Assembly: GCF_028688795.1 (NCBI RefSeq)
Contig: NZ_JAQTXM010000014.1
Location: 48,234 to 112,233 of the forward strand
Length of the DNA stretch: 64,000 nt
Reading direction: 5' to 3'
From: Rhodoferax sp.
Lineage (GTDB): Bacteria; Pseudomonadota; Gammaproteobacteria; Burkholderiales; Burkholderiaceae_C
A model generated the notes under the pieces. The model did no database searches and was not told where the DNA came from. It was given only the letters and a program-made list of their open reading frames with translations. Both the position numbers and the translations under genes were made by a program. Below, piece by piece: positions 33,726-43,653 of the stretch (the first letter of the stretch is position 1; the number at the start of each line of letters is the position of its first letter).

Positions 33726-34641
33726 GCGAACCCCAGAACGCGGCTTGGCCGTATTGCTGCTTGAGGAAATCCACCCACAAGCGCACCCGCAACGCCAGAT
33801 GCTTGCGCTGCACAAACACGGCGTAAATGCCGTTGGGCGGAGCCGCATATTCTTCCAGTACCGGCACGAGTGCGCCGGAGGCGACTTCTGCCTGCACCTC
33901 CCAGGTGCTGCGCCAAGCAATGCCGTAACCACTCCGACACCAGTCAAACAACACCTCGCCGTCCGAGCAACTCAAGGGTCCGCCGGGTTTCAGATGCACC
34001 ACCTCCACAGCATCACCCTGCGGCACGGAAAACGCCCAGCCACGGGTTTGCGATGCGTCGCTGGAGAGGGTCAAACAGTCAAACCGCGCCAGTTCATTGG
34101 GGTGCAGCGGTGTGCCGTGCTGCCGGAGGTAAGTGGGCGTGGCCACACACAGGCGTCGGTTGTCGGCCAAGCGCACGCTCACTAGGGACGAGTCGGGCAT
34201 TTCACCCACGCGCACGGCGCAGTCAAAGCCTTCAGCGGCCAGGTCGACCACCCGGTCGCTCAAATTCAGCGAGATCGTCACGTCGGGGTGCAACTCGCGA
34301 AAGCGTGGCACCAACGGGGCGACATGGCGGCGACCAAAGCCGGCTGGAGCTGTCAGGCTCAAGTGCCCGCTGGCCTGGATGCCGCCGGCCGACACACTGG
34401 CCTCGGCATTGGCCAGGTCAGCCAGCAGCCGCTGGCAGTCTTCCAGAAACGCCGTGCCCTCGTGAGTCAACGACACCCGCCGGGTGGTGCGAACCAACAG
34501 CTTAACGCCCAGACGCTCTTCCAGTGTGTCAAGACGCCGCCCGATGATGGCGGGCGCCACGCCTTCGGCCTTGGCCGCGGCGGTCAACCCGCCACGGGTG
34601 GCCACCGCGCAGAAGGTTTCAAGTTGTTTGAGTTTGCTCAT
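33718..34641 (-). CDS. LysR-family transcriptional regulator
   Basis: MSKLKQLETFCAVATRGGLTAAAKAEGVAPAIIGRRLDTLEERLGVKLL HTH plus LysR substrate domain. Confidence 0.9.
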   Translation of the reverse strand: MSKLKQLETFCAVATRGGLTAAAKAEGVAPAIIGRRLDTLEERLGVKLLVRTTRRVSLTHEGTAFLEDCQRLLADLANAEASVSAGGIQASGHLSLTAPAGFGRRHVAPLVPRFRELHPDVTISLNLSDRVVDLAAEGFDCAVRVGEMPDSSLVSVRLADNRRLCVATPTYLRQHGTPLHPNELARFDCLTLSSDASQTRGWAFSVPQGDAVEVVHLKPGGPLSCSDGEVLFDWCRSGYGIAWRSTWEVQAEVASGALVPVLEEYAAPPNGIYAVFVQRKHLALRVRLWVDFLKQQYGQAAFWGSHG

Positions 34642-35861
34642 CCCACTGCGCCCGCATCGCGCAAGGCCTGCACTTGACCCCCGTCGTACCCCAAAGCACC
34701 CAGCAATTCATCGGTATGCGAGCCCAGAACCGGCGGGCTCAGGCGCACACCCAGGCGCTGGCCGTCCATGGTGAACGGAAACAGCGTGGCTTTGGTGGTT
34801 TCACCGGCGTGCGGTCCGTCGGGCAGCGTCATGTCAGCCAGGCCGCCGGTGGCCAAAAGATGCGCATCATCAAACAGCTCCTCAGGCTTGCGAATGGGGG
34901 CGTAGGGCAATTTATTGGCTTCCATCAATGCGCCCAGTTCGGATGCGCTGTAACGGCCTAGACGTTCGCGCAGGATGGGCATGAGCGTCGGGCGCTCGCG
35001 CACGCGGTCGTTGTTGCTGGCATAGCGTGGGTCAGCTTTGAGGTCAGCCAGATCAAACACATTGCAAAACGTGCGCCACTGCGCATCGCTCACGGCGGAA
35101 ATGAAAATTTGTTCGCCATCTTTCACCGTGAACACGTCGTACACCGCCCACGGCGAGATGCGCGCGGGCATGGGTGCGGCGGGCTGGCCGGTCATGGCGT
35201 ACTGCAGCATGTGCTGGCCCACCAGAAAGACGTTGTTCTCAAACAGGGCACTTTGCACCTCTTGCCCACGGCCGGTGATGCCGCGCTGGATCAACGCGCC
35301 CAGGGTGCCAATGGCGCCAAACATGCCGCCCATGATGTCGTTCACACTGGTGCCTGCGCGCAGCGGGTCGCCGGGGCGGCCGGTCATGTAGGCCAGGCCA
35401 CCCATCATCTGCACCACCTCGTCGAGCGCGGTGCGGTGCTCATAGGGGCCAGGCAAAAAACCTTTATGGCTGACATAAATCAGCTTGGGGTTTTGCGCAG
35501 ACAGCGCAGCGTAGTCCAGGCCGTACTTGGCCATGGTGTCGGGCTTGAAATTTTCCAGCACCACGTCGGCACTCAGGGCCAGTTGGCGCGCAACGGCCGC
35601 GCCTTCTGGCTTGTGCAGGTCAATCGCCATGCTTTTTTTGTTGCGGTTGAACATGGGGAAAAAGCCCGCACCCGCGCCCAGCAGGTGACGTGTGCGGTCG
35701 CCCTCAAGGGGCTCCACCTTGATCACCTCGGCGCCCATGTCAGCCAACACCATACCGCAGGTGGGGCCCATAACCATGTGGGTAAATTCGACCACGCGCA
35801 GGCCGGTCAGGGGCAAGCGTTGGGATAACGTTGAAACAGTTTGATTCATGGCAGTTGGCAT
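34638..35861 (-). CDS. Family III CoA-transferase (CaiB/BaiF type)
   Basis: PLTGLRVVEFTHMVMGPTCGMVLADMGAEVIKVEP... classic N-terminus, 407 aa. Confidence 0.9.
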   Translation of the reverse strand: MPTAMNQTVSTLSQRLPLTGLRVVEFTHMVMGPTCGMVLADMGAEVIKVEPLEGDRTRHLLGAGAGFFPMFNRNKKSMAIDLHKPEGAAVARQLALSADVVLENFKPDTMAKYGLDYAALSAQNPKLIYVSHKGFLPGPYEHRTALDEVVQMMGGLAYMTGRPGDPLRAGTSVNDIMGGMFGAIGTLGALIQRGITGRGQEVQSALFENNVFLVGQHMLQYAMTGQPAAPMPARISPWAVYDVFTVKDGEQIFISAVSDAQWRTFCNVFDLADLKADPRYASNNDRVRERPTLMPILRERLGRYSASELGALMEANKLPYAPIRKPEELFDDAHLLATGGLADMTLPDGPHAGETTKATLFPFTMDGQRLGVRLSPPVLGSHTDELLGALGYDGGQVQALRDAGAVG

Positions 35862-35862
35862 C

Positions 35863-36219
35863 TCAGGCTGTCGCTAACAAGCTCTCATAGGGAATACGCA
35901 AACCGGCATGCAGTTTTTTGATCATTTGCAGACTCAGGCGTCGCTTGCGGTTCAGCACTTCAGAAACTCGTCCGCTGGAGCCAATGTAAGGCTCCAGGTC
36001 CTTGGGGGTCAGGTTTTGCTGCTCCATGCGAAATTTGATGGCCTCAACCGGGTCTGCCGGACCAATGGGGTAATGCTTTTGCTCATAGGCTTCAATCAGC
36101 GTGACCAACACGTCACGCTCATCCGCTTGTTCCGAGCCAACGGATGCCTGAAACACCATTTCCAATTGTTTGAACGCGGCGCGCAAATCATCGTCACTGC
36201 GGATAGGCTTAATAGTCAT
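35863..36219 (-). CDS. higA: HigA-type antitoxin (XRE HTH at the C-terminus)
   Basis: MTIKPIRSDDDLRAAFKQLEMVF...LIEAYEQKHYPI...PVEAIKFRMEQQNLTPKDLEPYIGSSGRVSEVLNRKRRLSLQMIKKL. Overlaps higB by 11 nt. Confidence 0.8.
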   Translation of the reverse strand: MTIKPIRSDDDLRAAFKQLEMVFQASVGSEQADERDVLVTLIEAYEQKHYPIGPADPVEAIKFRMEQQNLTPKDLEPYIGSSGRVSEVLNRKRRLSLQMIKKLHAGLRIPYESLLATA

Positions 36220-36517
36220 TGACAGTCTCCACGTTTATTTGATCGTATTGCGCATGGGTTCCGATGAACTTCACCCAGGCGATTCCTGCTTGGTATTGCA
36301 TCTCAACCACGAGGCGGTATTTGTTGCCGGCAATGTTGAACACCACCCGGTTATTGGCACAAATGCTCGCGCTACCGTATTGGTCTTTGATATTTTGTGG
36401 TGTTTGCCAGTTTGCTTTTTGCGCCTCGTCATGCCAGCTTTGCAGAGCACTTTTGGCATCCAATCTCGCAGGCTGACTCCAAAACCTGATCAGTGAACTT
36501 TTGGCGATTACGCGCAT
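36209..36517 (-). CDS. higB: HigB-type mRNA-interferase toxin
   Basis: Start MRVIAKSSLIRFWSQ (ATG 36517). ...AKSALQSWHDEAQKANWQTPQNIKDQYGSASICANNRVVFNIAGNKYRLVVEMQYQAGIAWVKFIGTHAQYD is the HigB_toxin family pattern. Confidence 0.8.
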   Translation of the reverse strand: MRVIAKSSLIRFWSQPARLDAKSALQSWHDEAQKANWQTPQNIKDQYGSASICANNRVVFNIAGNKYRLVVEMQYQAGIAWVKFIGTHAQYDQINVETVNDY

Positions 36518-36525
36518 CAGCAACC

Positions 36526-36547
36526 CTCCCGAATTGGGAGAATTATA
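36526..36547 (-). promoter_or_regulatory. Probable higBA promoter -10 box and palindromic operator
   Basis: On the minus strand: TATAAT (36547-36542) immediately followed by the perfect palindrome CTCCCAATTCGGGAG (36540-26), whose 3' half doubles as the RBS (GGGAGGG), 8 nt before the higB ATG. Confidence 0.5.
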
Positions 36548-36768
36548 CCCATATCCCGATGTAGATGGCTTGGCCTCACAAGACCCGATCTGCCGCATTA
36601 CCTGTATTCAGGTTAAAGCTGTTGCACGTTGGCCCAAACACGGCTGTCAGCATCCGTCCCTAAAATCAGAGCATGACACACCCTACCCGCACAGCCCCTG
36701 ATTTGCGCGCCGTGCTGGAATTGTTCCCCAACTGATTCCTCGATTTTTTAACTCTGTACCTCACCACC

Positions 36769-38994
36769 ATGACTGAACGCATATCCAAGAACGGCCTGCA
36801 AGTGGCCTCGACCCTGAGCCAATTCATTGACACCCAGGTGCTGCCTGGCACCGGCGTGACGCCCGCCAAGTTCTGGAAAGGCTTTGGCGCCATCGTGGCT
36901 GACCTGGCCCCAAAAAACATAGCCTTGCTGGCCGAGCGTGACCGTCTGCAGACCGAGCTTGACACTTGGCACAAAGCCAACCCAGGCCCCATCACCAGCA
37001 TGCCCGCCTACCGCAGCTTTTTGGAAGGCATTGGGTACCTGGTCGAACCCCCAAAAAAGGCAAAAATCAGCACCAAAAATGTCGATGCCGAGTTGGCCAA
37101 ACAAGCCGGCCCGCAGCTGGTGGTGCCGATTCTGAACGCCCGCTACGCCCTGAACGCCGCCAACTCACGCTGGGGCTCTTTGTACGACGCGCTGTATGGT
37201 ACAGACGTGATCGACGAAGCCAAGGGCTGCGAAAAAGTTGGCAAAAAAGGGGGTTACAACCCCAAGCGCGGGGCCAAGGTGATCGCCTACGCACGCCATG
37301 TACTCGACCGCTGCGCCCCGCTGCGCAAAGGCTCACATGTGGATTCTGTGGCCTACAGCGTCAAGGCTGGCAAGCTGGCCGTCAAACTGGCCGATGGCAG
37401 CAATACCAGCCTGGCTGACCCAGACCAGCTCATCGGCTACCAGGGCGAAGCCAAAGCCCCCTCAAGCGTGCTGTTTGAGCACAATGGCTTGCACCTTGAC
37501 CTGATCATCAACCGCGCTACGCTCATTGGCGCCAGCGACCCCGCTGGCGTGTCTGATCTGGTGCTGGAAGCTGCCTTGTCAACCATCCTCGACCTGGAAG
37601 ACTCGGTGGCCGCTGTGGACGCAGACGACAAGGTGCTGGCCTACAGCAACTGGTTGGGCATTTTGAACGGCACATTGACCGAAGAAGTCGCCAAGGGCAG
37701 CAAAACATTCACCCGTGGCCTGAACGCTGACCGCATCTACACCGCACCAGACGGCAAAAAGACCGTGCGCCTGCACGGCCGTAGCCTGATGTTTGTGCGC
37801 AACGTCGGCCACCTGATGACCAACCCGGCCATTTTGTACACCGACAAATCGGGCACCGTGCGTGAAATCCCTGAAGGCATCCTGGACGCCGTGGTCACCA
37901 CCACCATCGCCATGCATGACCTGGCCAAGACCAAGAAAGATGCCATCCGCAACTCGCGCAAGGGCTCGGTCTACATCGTCAAGCCCAAAATGCACGGCCC
38001 GGCTGAAGTGGCTTTTGCCAGTGAACTGTTTGGTCGCGTCGAGAACATGCTCGGCCTTGCAGAGAGCACCGTCAAGCTCGGCATCATGGACGAAGAGCGC
38101 CGCACCAGCGTCAACCTGAAGGCATGCATTGCCGCTGCCGAGAGCCGCGTTGCCTTCATCAACACCGGTTTCCTGGACCGCACCGGTGATGAGATGCACA
38201 CTGCCATGCAGGCCGGCCCAATGATCCGTAAGGGCGACATGAAAACCAGCGCCTGGATTGCCGCCTACGAGCGTAACAACGTGCTGGTCGGCCTGAAATG
38301 CGGCCTGCGCGGCAAAGCGCAAATTGGCAAAGGCATGTGGGCCATGCCCGATTTGATGAAAGCCATGCTGGAGCAAAAAATTGCCCACCCCAAAGCCGGT
38401 GCCAACACCGCCTGGGTACCCAGCCCCACCGGTGCCACCTTGCACGCCCTGCACTACCACCAGGTGTTGGTGAGCGACGTGCAAAAAGAGATGGAAAAAA
38501 TCAGCGCAGACAAGGAACGTGACGCCTTGTTGAACGGCCTGCTGCAAGTACCAGTAGCAGCCAACCCGAGCTGGACCGATGCCGAGAAACAGCAAGAACT
38601 CGACAACAACGCCCAAGGCATTCTGGGTTATGTGGTGCGCTGGGTCGACCAGGGCGTGGGTTGCTCCAAGGTGCCTGACATCCACAACATCGCACTGATG
38701 GAAGACCGCGCCACACTGCGCATTTCAAGCCAGCACATGGCCAACTGGCTGCACCATGGTGTCGTTACTGAAGCGCAGATCAAGGAAACCTTCGAGCGCA
38801 TGGCTGCCGTGGTCGACGCACAAAACGCTGGCGACCCGCTGTACAAACCAATGGCAGGTCACTTTGACACATCGATGGCCTACCAAGCAGCTTGTGATCT
38901 GGTGTTCAAGGGACTGGCGCAGCCCAGCGGTTACACCGAGCCACTGCTGCACGGCTGGCGCCTGAAGGTGAAGGCAGCGGCGCTCATCGCATAA
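36769..38994 (+). CDS. glcB: Malate synthase G
   Basis: 741 aa. [30 protein letters not shown]..., ...[13 protein letters not shown]..., ...[10 protein letters not shown]..., ...IMDEERRTS... are all typical GlcB blocks. Confidence 0.95.
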   Translation: MTERISKNGLQVASTLSQFIDTQVLPGTGVTPAKFWKGFGAIVADLAPKNIALLAERDRLQTELDTWHKANPGPITSMPAYRSFLEGIGYLVEPPKKAKISTKNVDAELAKQAGPQLVVPILNARYALNAANSRWGSLYDALYGTDVIDEAKGCEKVGKKGGYNPKRGAKVIAYARHVLDRCAPLRKGSHVDSVAYSVKAGKLAVKLADGSNTSLADPDQLIGYQGEAKAPSSVLFEHNGLHLDLIINRATLIGASDPAGVSDLVLEAALSTILDLEDSVAAVDADDKVLAYSNWLGILNGTLTEEVAKGSKTFTRGLNADRIYTAPDGKKTVRLHGRSLMFVRNVGHLMTNPAILYTDKSGTVREIPEGILDAVVTTTIAMHDLAKTKKDAIRNSRKGSVYIVKPKMHGPAEVAFASELFGRVENMLGLAESTVKLGIMDEERRTSVNLKACIAAAESRVAFINTGFLDRTGDEMHTAMQAGPMIRKGDMKTSAWIAAYERNNVLVGLKCGLRGKAQIGKGMWAMPDLMKAMLEQKIAHPKAGANTAWVPSPTGATLHALHYHQVLVSDVQKEMEKISADKERDALLNGLLQVPVAANPSWTDAEKQQELDNNAQGILGYVVRWVDQGVGCSKVPDIHNIALMEDRATLRISSQHMANWLHHGVVTEAQIKETFERMAAVVDAQNAGDPLYKPMAGHFDTSMAYQAACDLVFKGLAQPSGYTEPLLHGWRLKVKAAALIA

Positions 38995-39001
38995 TTAATT
39001 T

Positions 39002-39068
39002 ACTACTAAATACATAGCTTCTAGCGCTTTGTTCATAAGGGCTAGAGGCTATTTTTATATATAAATAT
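39002..39068 (+). repeat. Repeat copy F, the only fully intergenic copy (glcB 3' flank); best-preserved hairpin
   Basis: ACTACtaaatacATAGCTTCTAGCGCtttgttcataaGGGCTAGAGGCTATttttatatataaatatc. Confidence 0.9.
39014..39056 (+). terminator. Intrinsic-terminator-like hairpin formed by repeat copy F, 20 nt after the glcB stop
   Basis: ATAGCTTCTAGCGC (39014-39027) / loop TTTGTTCATAA / GGGCTAGAGGCTAT (39039-39052): 12 Watson-Crick and 1 G-U of 14 positions, followed by TTTT. Confidence 0.5.
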
Positions 39069-39072
39069 CACA

Positions 39073-39288
39073 ATGACACCAACTCCACCCATCAACGCCC
39101 AAATCTGCCCCCTGTGCGGCCAGCCCAACCAATGCGCCATGGAAGTCGAGCGCGCCACGGGCGTCAAGCAGCCCCCTTGCTGGTGCACACAGACCCAGTT
39201 CAGCGCCGAGTTGCTGAACAAAATTCCAGAAGCGGCGCGAGGCGTTGCCTGCTTGTGTGCCACTTGCGTGAACGAAGCCACGCCGTGA
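39073..39288 (+). CDS. Cysteine-rich CWC-family small protein
   Basis: ICPLCGQPNQCAME...PPCWCTQ...VACLCATC, 71 aa. Confidence 0.7.
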   Translation: MTPTPPINAQICPLCGQPNQCAMEVERATGVKQPPCWCTQTQFSAELLNKIPEAARGVACLCATCVNEATP

Positions 39289-39503
39289 GATGGCTTGACA
39301 ACATTCCGTTGCTGGTATTGATGGCGTTGGCTGCCTGGATGGCCATTGCCCCCATCACGCCTGAACCACACCTGATCGAGAAGCTGCGCATGCTCAGCCA
39401 GGGCACGCTGGTCAAACCGCTGGATATGTTTGATTTATGCCTGCACACCGCACCGTTGGTGCTACTGGCTGTGCGTTTATGGCGTCAGTTCATCGCCAAA
39501 TGA
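39285..39503 (+). CDS. Small hypothetical membrane protein
   Basis: GTG 39285 overlaps the preceding stop (GTGA). Sequence is VRWLDNIPLLVLMALAAWMAIAPITPEPHLIEKLRMLSQGTLVKPLDMFDLCLHTAPLVLLAVRLW. No family recognised. Confidence 0.4.
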   Translation: MRWLDNIPLLVLMALAAWMAIAPITPEPHLIEKLRMLSQGTLVKPLDMFDLCLHTAPLVLLAVRLWRQFIAK

Positions 39504-39578
39504 GGGGCTGAATAAGCAGGCTGGTTTTTATTGCTTAGACAGCAAAGCCATCATTTAAGCGGGCACCAGCGTGCTGCG

Positions 39579-41498
39579 TTATCTCTCATTGCCGGTTGAA
39601 CCCGGAAAGTCACTCAAGTCTGAAAAATCAAGGTCCAGCATACGGGACACCGCCCCTTCAATTGGCGCAGTCACCGGCGCCGCCTTGGCCTGATTTTGCA
39701 CCGAGGATTGCGGGGCCGTGGGAATCGAAAACTCCAGCAAATTAGCCTCAACTGTGGCAGGCTGCTCGGGCATCAGCGCCTCAGCCAGCGCATGCAGCAG
39801 CAGCAGGTCGCGGAACGCCGCCAGGTCAAAAAGGCCCCGGGCTTGCGCGTTGGCATCATAAAAAATGCATGCGCTTAAAAAAGCCAAGGCTTCAATGCGC
39901 GGCCACCGCGCCACCAGGGCTGACAATACCTCCGGGTAAGCCTCAAGGTCGTTGCCTTCCACATTGAAGACCGGAAAATCGGGAATGACCCCGTTGAAGA
40001 GCTGATGAAAGGTGTCCCGGCAGTCACGGAACTCGGTCTTCATGCCCTGCGCGTGGTAAAGCGTGAGCAGGTCAAGATATACCAGCGGATTGGGCTCGAC
40101 ACTTTCAGCAATCTGTTTTCTCAGAATAAACAGGGCCCGATCGGTCTGCCCCAAAGACACAAAAAAGTCAGCTTGCTGGCGAATGTCCAGAATCGGCTCC
40201 ACCTGGATATGGCGAATGCCGTTGACGCCAAAGGAATTCCCTGCTCTGCTGTCCCCAAACGCCTCTGACACAGGCACCAGTTGCATCACATGATCCAGGT
40301 CAATGTCCACCTCTGACAACGGCGCGGCAGCCACTTTCACTGGCGCCGGAGTCACACCAGCGGCCGGCGTCACCCGCGTCACCGGCTGGGGCGGTACAGC
40401 AGGCGCAGGCATCGGAACTGGTGCCGTGGGCACCAAACGCGCCAGCAATTCGGTCGCGGGGCCGTCTTCCGGACTGTGCCACCAGCTTGGCTCTGCCTCA
40501 TGTTGGGCACGGTGTTTGCGCTGTTGCCATAACCACGCCACGGCAGCCAGACACGCCAACACCAAAGCCAGTAGGGCATAGACCAGCCACCACGGCATCT
40601 GGCTGGCCTGTGCTTGCTGCAATTTGGACGCCAGGTCAGACAGCTTGGCATCATTGCTGGCCGCCCGGGCACGCAAAGTCTTCACATCGCCCTCAAGCGC
40701 TGAAATCTGGCGGCTGTAGCGCAGGGCGTCTTCCGTGGGCGCAAACAACATCAGCGAATCAAGCGCGTCCATGCGGTCCGACAAGATGTCCAGCGGGTCA
40801 AGCTTGAGCACCGGCCTCGACGCAGCCCGTGCCGCTGCTTTGTGCGCTTGCGCTTGCGCTTGCGCCTGCTCCTGGGCCACTGCCAGCGCCGGAGTTTTCA
40901 GGTGCTTGGCCTTGACTTGGCGCTGCGCGGTAGTTGCCGTAAGCGACCTCGACGTATTGGTACGCGCTGACTTGACCGGTGCCACCACCACGCTTGGCGC
41001 AGCGGACGCTGTCGCTGGCAACACCAACACGGGCGGCGCCTCAAGGGCATTGGCCACAGGCGCTTGGGCAGCGGTTGCGGCAAGTGCCGGAAAATCTGCC
41101 AGCAACACATAACGCCGCAAAGTGTTTGAACCGCAGTGCGCGCGCACCTCCACAGTGATCACCGGCTCGTCAATGGCCGCCGTTGACTGCACACGCACTG
41201 CAGCGCCGGTGGAGGCACCTGTAATTGGCACCACCGTGACCTTGACGGCAGATTGACGTGCATCGGCATAAAACACGTCGGCCGCCACGCAGGTACTTGA
41301 CAGCACTTCGTCAGGCCCGGCCTGCACCTGTACGGTCACATCCAGTGGACGCCCAAGCACAGCTGCGCCACGCAAATTACCCAAGGTAAAAGCGTGCGCT
41401 GAAAAGGTCAAATGAACCAACAACGCGGCGAGAGCGGGTGCCAGATAACAAACTCTGTTCTTCAAGACAGCTTTTCCTCGTTTTGATGAATCCATCAT
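39579..41498 (-). CDS. FimV/HubP-like polar landmark protein
   Basis: Start MMDSSKRG (ATG 41498). Signal/TM, then a FimV N-domain pattern (LGNLRGAAVLGRPLDVTVQV...IDEPVITVEVRAHCGSNTLRRYVLLADFP), Ala/Gln-rich coiled region, mid TM, TPR-like C-terminus. Confidence 0.65.
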   Translation of the reverse strand: MMDSSKRGKAVLKNRVCYLAPALAALLVHLTFSAHAFTLGNLRGAAVLGRPLDVTVQVQAGPDEVLSSTCVAADVFYADARQSAVKVTVVPITGASTGAAVRVQSTAAIDEPVITVEVRAHCGSNTLRRYVLLADFPALAATAAQAPVANALEAPPVLVLPATASAAPSVVVAPVKSARTNTSRSLTATTAQRQVKAKHLKTPALAVAQEQAQAQAQAHKAAARAASRPVLKLDPLDILSDRMDALDSLMLFAPTEDALRYSRQISALEGDVKTLRARAASNDAKLSDLASKLQQAQASQMPWWLVYALLALVLACLAAVAWLWQQRKHRAQHEAEPSWWHSPEDGPATELLARLVPTAPVPMPAPAVPPQPVTRVTPAAGVTPAPVKVAAAPLSEVDIDLDHVMQLVPVSEAFGDSRAGNSFGVNGIRHIQVEPILDIRQQADFFVSLGQTDRALFILRKQIAESVEPNPLVYLDLLTLYHAQGMKTEFRDCRDTFHQLFNGVIPDFPVFNVEGNDLEAYPEVLSALVARWPRIEALAFLSACIFYDANAQARGLFDLAAFRDLLLLHALAEALMPEQPATVEANLLEFSIPTAPQSSVQNQAKAAPVTAPIEGAVSRMLDLDFSDLSDFPGSTGNER

Positions 41499-41707
41499 CA
41501 GGTCAAAAATCAACTCAAACCACCCTGTCGGGCGCAGCACTGGTCTGCCAGCAACGCTCAATGAACGGCAAAGACGCCAGCATACCCGCTTGCCATGCAA
41601 AATTTACATTTTGATTCAGTTTGGCGCAGGAATGGGTTCTGGCAGCGTTAAGCTTGTCGCAATTAGCCCCTTTTTGCGCATCGACACCTCCACGCTCAGC
41701 CCTCAAC

Positions 41708-42592
41708 ATGTGCCAACTCCTTGGAATGAACAGCCACCTGCCGGCCAGCTTGACGCTGAGTTTTACCGGATTTTCGCAGCGTGGCGGCTGCACTGACCAC
41801 CATGCAGACGGCTGGGGCATCGCTTTTTTCGAAAGTGACTGCGCCACCCCAGGTAAAGGTGTACGCCATTTTGTCGACAAATCCAGCGCTGCGACTTCGC
41901 CCATTGCCCAGATGCTCAAGACTTACCCGATCAAGAGCCACAACGTGGTGGCGCATGTGCGTAAGGCCACTGTGGGACGGGTGTCGCTGGAAAACTGTCA
42001 CCCCTTTGTGCGCGAGCTGTGGGGCCGCAACTGGGTCTTTGCGCACAACGGCGACCTGAAAAACTACGCCCCCAAGCTGCACAGCAGCTTCAAGCCTGTG
42101 GGCAACACCGACAGCGAATTAGCCTTTTGCTGGCTTATGCAAGAGCTTGCGAAATCTCATGCAGGCGTTCCCACCGTTGAAGAACTGAGCCAAACCCTGC
42201 GTGAACTGGTGCCCCAGATTGCCAAACATGGCACTTTCAACTTTTTGCTCAGCAATGGTCAGGCCTTGTGGGCCCATGCCACCACCAAACTGCATTACGT
42301 GCTGCGCGCGCACCCATTTCGTCAGGTCCATCTGAAAGATGAAGACCTCACTGTGAACCTGGCTGAACTCAACAGCCCTGAAGACCGGCTGGCGATTGTT
42401 GTTACCGAGCCACTCACCACCGACGAAGACTGGGTGGCCATGTTGCCGGGCCAGCTGATGGTGTTTGTCGATGGCTTGCCGTCGCAATGCAGTTGTTCGG
42501 CGCATCGCAGTGCGTCAGTGGACGAAATGCGACGCTGTGGCACCCTGCATCAGCACACGCCAGCCATCGCCGTCCCGATAAGCGCCACCTAA
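41708..42592 (+). CDS. Class II (Ntn) glutamine amidotransferase, YafJ-like
   Basis: Start MCQLLGMNSHLPASL (Met-Cys nucleophile). HADGWGIAFF, VVAHVRKATVG, HPF..., FAHNGDL. Confidence 0.85.
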   Translation: MCQLLGMNSHLPASLTLSFTGFSQRGGCTDHHADGWGIAFFESDCATPGKGVRHFVDKSSAATSPIAQMLKTYPIKSHNVVAHVRKATVGRVSLENCHPFVRELWGRNWVFAHNGDLKNYAPKLHSSFKPVGNTDSELAFCWLMQELAKSHAGVPTVEELSQTLRELVPQIAKHGTFNFLLSNGQALWAHATTKLHYVLRAHPFRQVHLKDEDLTVNLAELNSPEDRLAIVVTEPLTTDEDWVAMLPGQLMVFVDGLPSQCSCSAHRSASVDEMRRCGTLHQHTPAIAVPISAT

Positions 42593-42619
42593 GCCGTCGC
42601 AACGACCTGCAAAAAACGG

Positions 42620-43576
42620 TCAGGCGAGCGCGGCCTCCAGCGCCCCCACAAACATGGCGGCCACATCAAACCCGGTTTGATCGGTGATTTCCTGAAAGCA
42701 GGTCGGGCTCGTCACATTGATCTCGGTCAGGCTATCGCCAATCACATCCAGCCCAATCAGCAACAAGCCACGTTCGGCCAACACCGGGCCAATCGCTTCG
42801 GCAATTTCCAGGTCACGTGGGCTCAAGGCTTGCGCCACGCCCTTGCCGCCCACGGCCAAATTACCGCGCACTTCACCACCTTGCGGAATACGTGCCAGAC
42901 AGTACGGCACCGGTTTGCCGCCAATCACCAAAATGCGTTTGTCGCCGTGTTCGATGGCAGGTAAAAACTTTTGCACCATCACGGTTTGTGCGCCGTCCAG
43001 GTTGAGCGTTTCGATGATGGCCCCCAAGTTCAACCCGTCTTCTTTCACCCGGAAAATGCCCATGCCACCCATGCCGTCGAGCGGCTTGAGGATGATGTCT
43101 TTGTGCTCGGCGTGAAAGCGTTTGATGTCTTGCGCATCACGCGTCACCAGCGTTGGGCCAATGAACTGGGGCCAATCCAGAATCGCCAGCTTTTCGGGGT
43201 GGTCACGCAGGGCGCGCGGCTTGTTGAAAACCTTGGCGCCTTCCCGCTCGGCCTGTTCCAGCAAATGCGTGGTGTAGAAATATTCGCTGTCAAACGGTGG
43301 GTCCTTGCGCATCACCACCGCGTCGAAATCTTTCAAGGCTTGCCCGCGCTCATTGGGCGTTTGTTGCTCCGAAGTAAACCAATCCACCACCTGTCCGGTG
43401 AGCGTGATGTCGCGCACAAATGCGGTGACGGGCGTGCCACTTTGCCACATGATGTCTTTGGGCTCGCAGGCGCTCAAGCTGTGGCCACGTCGCTGTGCCT
43501 CGCGCATCATGGCAAAGGTCGTGTCCTTGTAGACTTTGAAAGATTCGAGGGGGTCGGCGATGAAGAGCAGTTTCAT
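42620..43576 (-). CDS. gshB: Glutathione synthetase
   Basis: MKLLFIADPLESFKVYKDTTFAMMREAQRRGH..., ATP-grasp C-terminus, 318 aa. Confidence 0.95.
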   Translation of the reverse strand: MKLLFIADPLESFKVYKDTTFAMMREAQRRGHSLSACEPKDIMWQSGTPVTAFVRDITLTGQVVDWFTSEQQTPNERGQALKDFDAVVMRKDPPFDSEYFYTTHLLEQAEREGAKVFNKPRALRDHPEKLAILDWPQFIGPTLVTRDAQDIKRFHAEHKDIILKPLDGMGGMGIFRVKEDGLNLGAIIETLNLDGAQTVMVQKFLPAIEHGDKRILVIGGKPVPYCLARIPQGGEVRGNLAVGGKGVAQALSPRDLEIAEAIGPVLAERGLLLIGLDVIGDSLTEINVTSPTCFQEITDQTGFDVAAMFVGALEAALA

Positions 43577-43653
43577 TCGGGTTTATCCAGTCTTGTGTTT
43601 AGGAAGGAATGCAGCGCGGCACTTTGCCCCGATGCAGCAAATCAGAAAAAACC

